Shown here: one piece after another, positions 57,393 through 64,000 of the stretch
Position numbering within the stretch: position 1 is the stretch's first letter
How the letters are laid out: the number at the start of each line of letters is the position of its first letter
DNA from: the human T2T-CHM13v2.0 reference genome, Homo sapiens
Assembly: GCF_009914755.1 (NCBI RefSeq)
Contig: NC_060946.1
Direction: 5' to 3' (one strand)
Length of the DNA: 64,000 nucleotides
Translations under genes and position numbers: made by a program
The notes under the pieces: model-generated
What the model saw: only the letters and a program-made list of their open reading frames with translations
What the model was told of the DNA's origin: nothing
Databases searched by the model: none

Positions 57393-57727
57393 TTTTTTTT
57401 TTTTTGACACAGGATCTCACTGTGTCACCCAGGCTCTCACTGTGTCACCCAGGCTCTCACTGTGTCACCCAGGCTAAAGCGCAGTGGCATGATAATGGCT
57501 CCCTGTAGCCTCAACCTCTTGGGCTCAAGTGATCCTCCTGCCTCAGCTTCCAGGGTAGCTAGGACTACAGGCACATGCTACCACATCTGGCTAATATGTA
57601 TATTTTTTGTAGAGATGGGGTCTCCCTATGTTGCCCAGGCTTATCTTGAACTCCTAGCCTCAAAGCATTCTCCCTGCCTTAGCCTCCCAAAGTGCTGGGA
57701 TTACAGGCACAAGTCACTGTACCAGGT
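57393..57727 (-). mobile_element. AluJ with perfect 20-bp triplication
   Basis: (tctcactgtgtcacccaggc)x3 at 57415-57474. Confidence 0.9.
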
Positions 57728-59151
57728 CCATTTGATTTTTAAAATAGATACTAGTATTCTGATGAAATTCTTCATCTTTCCTGTCTTCTTGATCATATTA
57801 ATATTAATCATAGTTTTAAATTACCTATCTTATACATTCAGAATCTAGATTACTGTGGATCTGTTTCTGTTGTCTACTTTTCTCCTATATTTCTGGCCGT
57901 TTTTTCATATCCTAGTATGCTTGGTAACTTTTTGTTGAAAGTCAAAATTTTCAATGAAAAATTTTAAGAGCTCTCTGGAAAGGATTGAATTGTCTTCTGG
58001 AAGGCAGATGGAATACAAGTCAATCACTTTGCTCTAGGTGAAATAGGTTTTATTAATAGTATTTGTGAGGGCTGCTCAACTTCTCATTTGTCCTTACTCC
58101 TAGAGTATAGTCCTGAGGCCTAGGGTGTAGGCTATCAGGGGTCCCAGTGGAAAGCCTGGAGTGTTTCCCATGGCTCCTCCCATTTGCTATATCCTGAACT
58201 CCAACATTTGTTTCCTTGTATCATCAGAATCATCAGAATCTCTGCATAGCTCACTGGCCTCTTAGAAGCTGCTTCCCATTTAGTTTCTTGGCATCTCATC
58301 CTGAACGCATGTAGCTTAGCAGTAGGCAAATGTTTTGAAATGACAAAAAGGTTTTAGGATTTCTTCTCTGTGATTCCCTCCCTCTGGAATACAGGCCCTT
58401 CAAGTCCCTGACACCTTGAAAGCTCAAACTCCTACCGTGTCTCCCAAGCTCAGTGAGACTGCGGAAAGCCTACGCCTCTGATTTTTCTTCAGCTTCTATT
58501 ATCTTGCTCTGAGAATTGGCAAATGACTCAAGGTGGGGAAACTAAGGTGACTGAGGGACTCATCTCAATTTCCTTCCCCCTGGGATCTTAACCTATTATG
58601 TATTTTCTACTTGGTTGTTTGATGATGACTTCAAACCAGCTTTTAATAATTTCCTAGATTTAATAATTATTTTTGGTAGTAGAATTAGATCAATACTATC
58701 TATTATAAGCAGACAAAAAAGTTCTCCTTGTTAACCAGTTTTAGAGGAACTTCTCGCTAAATTTTAAGTGTACTTGGTACACTCACAGCGACCAAAAAGT
58801 ATTTTCAATGATCTTTTTGTGGTATTCATGAAATAAAAAAACCAAACGTATCAACTTCCCAGCGACAGCCAGGCACATAATCCATCAGAGCCATCATAAC
58901 CAGTACTAACAGGTTTCCACATCAGCAGTCTCAGAAGAAAAGTTAATTGGTTGACAAAACTGAGAATCAGTTTTACTACCTTTAGGCTATTCAGTATCAA
59001 AAAAGTCTTGAAAGAGCACCAAGGAAAATCTTTTGTTACTCATTGACCTTACTAATACCAATATAAATTTCTTTAACTTCAACATGGTGGCTTCCATTGT
59101 TTATATTTATATGTACTTTTGATCTGGGTTTGAGTCTGTTTAAAAGATTCA

Positions 59152-59455
<304 letters not shown>

Positions 59456-60151
59456 CATTTAAAAAGCTTTATATTTATATGAGTTGGTTAGCACTATTAT
59501 ATGTAAGAACCAATAAAACTACTACTTAGTCTTTGAAAAATTCATAAAAATTATTATTTTACTAGTAAACTTTAAAGTAGAAAGCATAATTATATAATAG
59601 AGGATTTAGTAACTGAGAGCCAATAACCTGAAATCTCAACTGGCTTTATCCTTTATTACCCAGTCTAAACAATACTGCAATCTTCTTAAGGTTTTTTATA
59701 TCTTTATAATATAAAATATATATAATATAAAAAAGACAAGATCCCCTGCCCCTTTTGTGCAATCAGTACACAGCCCTTTTTAAAGGGGCACACATACACC
59801 CGTGTGTATGTGGGGGTGTGTGTATACACCAATACACATAATAACCAATTCTTTTTCATATAATCTCTTAATAAGTAACCTACATGTCTAACAGAAAGCA
59901 CTTACTTCACACTAGTTCCTTCTAATTTGGTCTGCACCAAAATTGCTCAGATCTTATATTCAACCAAGGACTCAGAACCCACGGTGATGAATTATCTATT
60001 AGCCCTTTAATAAAAGGGGGACTTTCCCAACTAAGAAGTATGTGTATGGCATGTACATTTTAATATCAATGATGAAGAGTGAAAGGAGGGAACAAAAAAA
60101 GGAGACAGAAAGCAGAGAAAAGTAAAATAATGCTTCAAAAGAGGTTTTTTG

Positions 60152-60152
<1 letters not shown>

Positions 60153-60185
<33 letters not shown>
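60153..60185. repeat. (TG)n/(CA)n microsatellite starting 14 nt into the ENTHD1 intron
   Basis: Seen directly. Confidence 0.95.
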
Positions 60186-60188
<3 letters not shown>

Positions 60189-60198
60189 GCAGACTCAC

Positions 60199-60585
60199 CC
60201 CGTGTGGTTGTCTTGAGGATTTTATCATCCATCTGAATGCTGGATTGTGCTGGTTTCTGGTAGGCCTTGTTGATTACAATCTCCTTCACTCGGTCAAATA
60301 TTTTGAATGAGGGAGAGAGACAGAGTGTTTCTACAGAGGCCTGGTTATGGAAAGTAGAATCTGACTTTGATACCCTTAAGTCGGGGCTGATAAACTCCTC
60401 TTTACTTGACCAACATGCTGGTAAAATTGTCAATGTTTTAAGACCTTCTGCAGCTGATTGCTTTTCTAAAGGTGTTTCCAAGAGGTTTTCTGTGACAGTA
60501 TTTGTAAAGATACCATCTGATCTCTTGTCCAAACTCACATCTCTCTGCCCAGAAGGACTATTTTCTGAGAGAGTAGGCACAGCAT
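60199..60585 (-). CDS. ENTHD1: ENTHD1 penultimate coding exon (387 nt, phase 1-1): (D)AVPTLSENSPSG...DDKILKTTTR
   Basis: Minus-strand acceptor ttcttttatag|ATGCTG at 60586/60585 and donor CGGG|gtgagt at 60199/60198. Open frame throughout, splices in frame to the 39259 exon (G|TT = Val). Peptide matches my recollection of human ENTHD1. Confidence 0.92.
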
Positions 60586-60994
60586 CTATAAAAGAACAAA
60601 TAAGAGCTATAATCAAAAAATAAAACTGAAAATACTCTATTTCAAATCTGTTATAATTTTAATAAATAGGATTTTTTAATGTCATAACAGAATTCTTTCC
60701 TATTTAGCCCTCTGCTTTCTTACTATGCTTCTATATTCTGCCTATTTAAAGTACACCCAAGCTATAATTGACGCCTTAGTCATTTTGGTAGCTGCCTTCT
60801 CCCTCTCTCCTCACTGAAGCACAAAGCAAGGAAAGCTTCAAATAACTTGTCTTTAAATATTTCTCCCTTCACCCACTTATCTGTCGCTGAAACCACCATA
60901 TTTTTAGTACTTTCCAACTTTCATCTTTTTTACAAGATAAACTAGGGAAAATATGCCACATCATACTGGTCTATCCTTACAGAACCCTCAGCTA

Positions 60995-61027
<33 letters not shown>

Positions 61028-62327
61028 AAGAAAAAGAAAAGCTTTCTCCCCAAAAATAAAGAATGTCTTCTTCCACACAGTTTCTATATGCAAGGCACAT
61101 TAAAGAAACTCAGTACTTTAGGTAGAAGCTTAATTTTAATAAATGCTTTGTCTATACGGAAGAAAGGAAACAATCTTTCAGAGCTGTTCTGACAATTAGT
61201 AAAATATAAGTTCCACTGGGCTGGAGATCTTTGTCCATTCTAGTGGTTAATATCACCAAAGTACATAAAATAGTCCCTAGAATATAACAAACAATATTTA
61301 TTACAAATAGAAAACACTGAAGGAATTGTAAGAAACTGAAACTGAAGGTGGGCCTGATCCAGGAATGTCTATTGAATCTACGCATTATAGACCTGGTCCG
61401 AGTTTCTAGATGCAAATTCTTAGGAACACCCTCAGCGCCAGGGCTTGCTCTGTAACAGCTCCATCTGAACCGGGATACGAAAAGAAAGACCGTTATTTTT
61501 ATGAGGTTGTGTTCATGAAACGAGAAGCATGATGAGGTAGAAGAGGGCCAAAGGAAGAGGCTATCTTTCGAAGCTCCCAAAAGAGGACGCAGAAATTGTG
61601 TGATTCACTATTGAGTGATTATACATCACAATGTATGTCATAAAATACTTCAGAATGCACATTTACATGCTATCCTCATCACTTTTGGGCTCTGAGTTAT
61701 TAAAGAAAAGAAACTTTTCTTTGTCTCTATAAAGCTTCCTTTTCATTTTCATCTGCAGTTGGAGGTTAGCCTTAGCAAAAATACTGCTGGTATGTACCAC
61801 AGAATTAAGACAGTTCAAGAAACTTACATTGCTATCTTCACCAGAAATTCCATTTTTCTTCCATCCTCTCATCTTTTAAAACTCAATTCAAGTATCACTT
61901 TCTCTTTAAAGCTTGCCCTGACCCTTTTCTTTCCTCACCCTATCCTATTATTGTCTATCTTCACATGTCCTGTTTGAAGCTCTGTGAGTAATTATAACAC
62001 TTCATATCTCATTTATCTTGTCCCCTACCTGACAAAAGTCTCCTTGAGGAGACCTTGCAAGGAGTCATCTTCGTGTCTCAGCACCTAACAGTGCCATTCC
62101 CAGAGGACAGGTTCAATGAATGCTCATTGGGTGCAAGGGAAACTGAAGCACAAAGATGAAAGAAAAAGTAACGCCTTCATTTTTCTAAACTGAATATAGT
62201 TTAACTGCTTAATAATGATTAAAGGAAATAGGTAGATGAAAAGAACCTCTCCTAAAATATTCCTAATTTGCATATGACTGAATTATATTTAGATGATTGA
62301 AAGTCTGTTAAAAATACCAAATATAAG

Positions 62328-62465
62328 CCAGGCGCAGTGCCTGTAGTCCCAGCTACTGGGAGGCTGAGGTGGGAAAATCACTTGAGCCCAGGAGTTTGAG
62401 ACCAGCCTGGGCAACATTGTGAGACCCCATTTCTATGAAAAACAAAACAAAACAAAACAAAACAC
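62328..62465 (+). mobile_element. FLAM-type Alu monomer
   Basis: Single monomer with (CAAAA)n tail. Confidence 0.75.
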
Positions 62466-64000
62466 CCAAACGAATATATTCCTAGTTGAGTACTAGATTA
62501 CTAGATTTATGGTATTTCAAAGTGACTTTGCATATCACCACATTTACATCAAATCATTCATTAAAAGTGAATTTTAGTTAAATATTTTTCCATTGACTTT
62601 CATTTTACATGTGAGAAAAACAAGACAAAAATGTTTTGCTCTATATGTAATAAGATCATCTTAAAATTTAGCAATATTAAACTAGGACATTTCAGAATGA
62701 CCAGAACTTTCTGATGAAAATATTCACAATACTTAATCTAAATCTCAAAATTCAGATGCATAAAGTTGTCTGTATGGCTGCCATTTTAAGGTTTAGTAAA
62801 AAAGTTTAAAATGAAACAAATGAACAAATCCTTAAAATTCAATGAAGCAAACCAGACAGAAGTCATTCCATTTCTACCCACCCCCTTTCCCAATAGCCCG
62901 GGAAGAATAGGCTGCAATCTTTTGGTTGCTTGGACTTTTGCTAAAGTTGCTAACTTTTTAAATGAATCAAATACTATGACCTAGAAGAAGCCAAATGAAA
63001 AATAATGATTTGAAATGGATAGTACATTATTTCAAAGAGAAAAATGTTTACTTATACAGAAAGCTAAAGAGTCTTGAAGATTCTAGAAAGCAAGTTGTAC
63101 CAGGTTTCTCTTCCATCAGCCTTCATCCACCCCTGCTGTCTATGCAATGCGTCAAATTATTCCTCTCCAATTCAATTACTACTTTATAGTTTATATTTGA
63201 AAATCCTTCAAAAATTGCCTCTTGTGTCAGTGAGAAAGTCCAAATTCCTTGGGTTTCAAAGGCCCTTCATTGCTTACTTTCTGTTGCTATTCAACAGGAA
63301 ACAAACCCTCAGTCAGGCCATTCTCCCTGTCACTCCACACGCCATGAGCATTTAGGTCCATTTAGCTTCATTCTCCATGTTAACACAGGGCTCTTGACCA
63401 TCACCACTGATTCCCCATCCTGGAATACCCTCTTCTTCTCCACCTGTTTAAATCCTATTAAACCCTACTATTCCTCAAATAACTACTACTTCTAGAAGCT
63501 ATTTCCAATCATGTCTACCACTCTATCTTAATCTCTCCCTTCTCTGAGGTAATATTTCTATAAACTCATTTTTCACTTAATTATATGCTATTTAGTGCCT
63601 ATCACATATCATATTAAGTTCCTGCATTCTGACTTTATAACTGCATCATGCTTTTGCATATAGGAGGTGTCAAATGTTTGTTAAATTTAACTATATCTTA
63701 ATTTATAAATTATTTAATATCAACTTTATATGTTGATTTTCTGTATAACAATGTATATTGTATTTGACGCCTAAAAATAGGAATGGTCCATCAAGAAATC
63801 ATTGTTAGTACCCACTGTTTGTACTGAACTGTATTAAATGCAGGAGATATGCACAAGCAGAAGTCACAATTCCTACTGTCGATGAACTAATGCCAATGAA
63901 CGATGAATTCCTATTGTCAATAAACAAAGTATGGATTATGTATATATAGATAGATACATATACACACACTAACTTGTGTATATGTACATATATACACACT

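Noticed and set aside
60267-60623. 118-aa plus-strand ORF
   Set aside because: Antisense shadow of the ENTHD1 exon.
61525-61700. Possible C/D snoRNA (ATGATGA ... CTGA)
   Set aside because: Antisense to the host gene, boxes far apart and no terminal stem.

Overview
Human (primate) genomic DNA that is mostly repeats and non-coding sequence. The only real protein-coding content is the last two exons of a minus-strand gene that I recognise from its peptide as ENTHD1 (ENTH/epsin-family, testis-enriched; 22q13.1 from memory). These are a 387-nt internal exon (60199-60585) and the terminal exon (CDS 38655-39259, 3' end about 38020). The ~21-kb intron between them holds an antisense processed pseudogene of MTFR2 (44721-46930). 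Bases 1 to ~31.5 kb are GC-rich intergenic DNA with Alu, MIR, L2, MaLR/ERV1 LTRs, a Ricksha MULE and a minisatellite. The right half is AT-rich and L1-rich. I see no convincing new multi-gene system. The most interesting signals are: (i) a copy of the MTFR2 retrocopy's own 3' end inserted in its CDS; (ii) apparent re-use of one L1 endonuclease site; (iii) a WGEF adaptor-binding motif and a clean coiled coil in the ENTHD1 tail; (iv) splicing and 3'-end regulatory cues; (v) several local duplications and a sharp GC boundary. Repeat family names and the MTFR2/ENTHD1 identities come from recalled sequences, not a search, and repeat boundaries are approximate.
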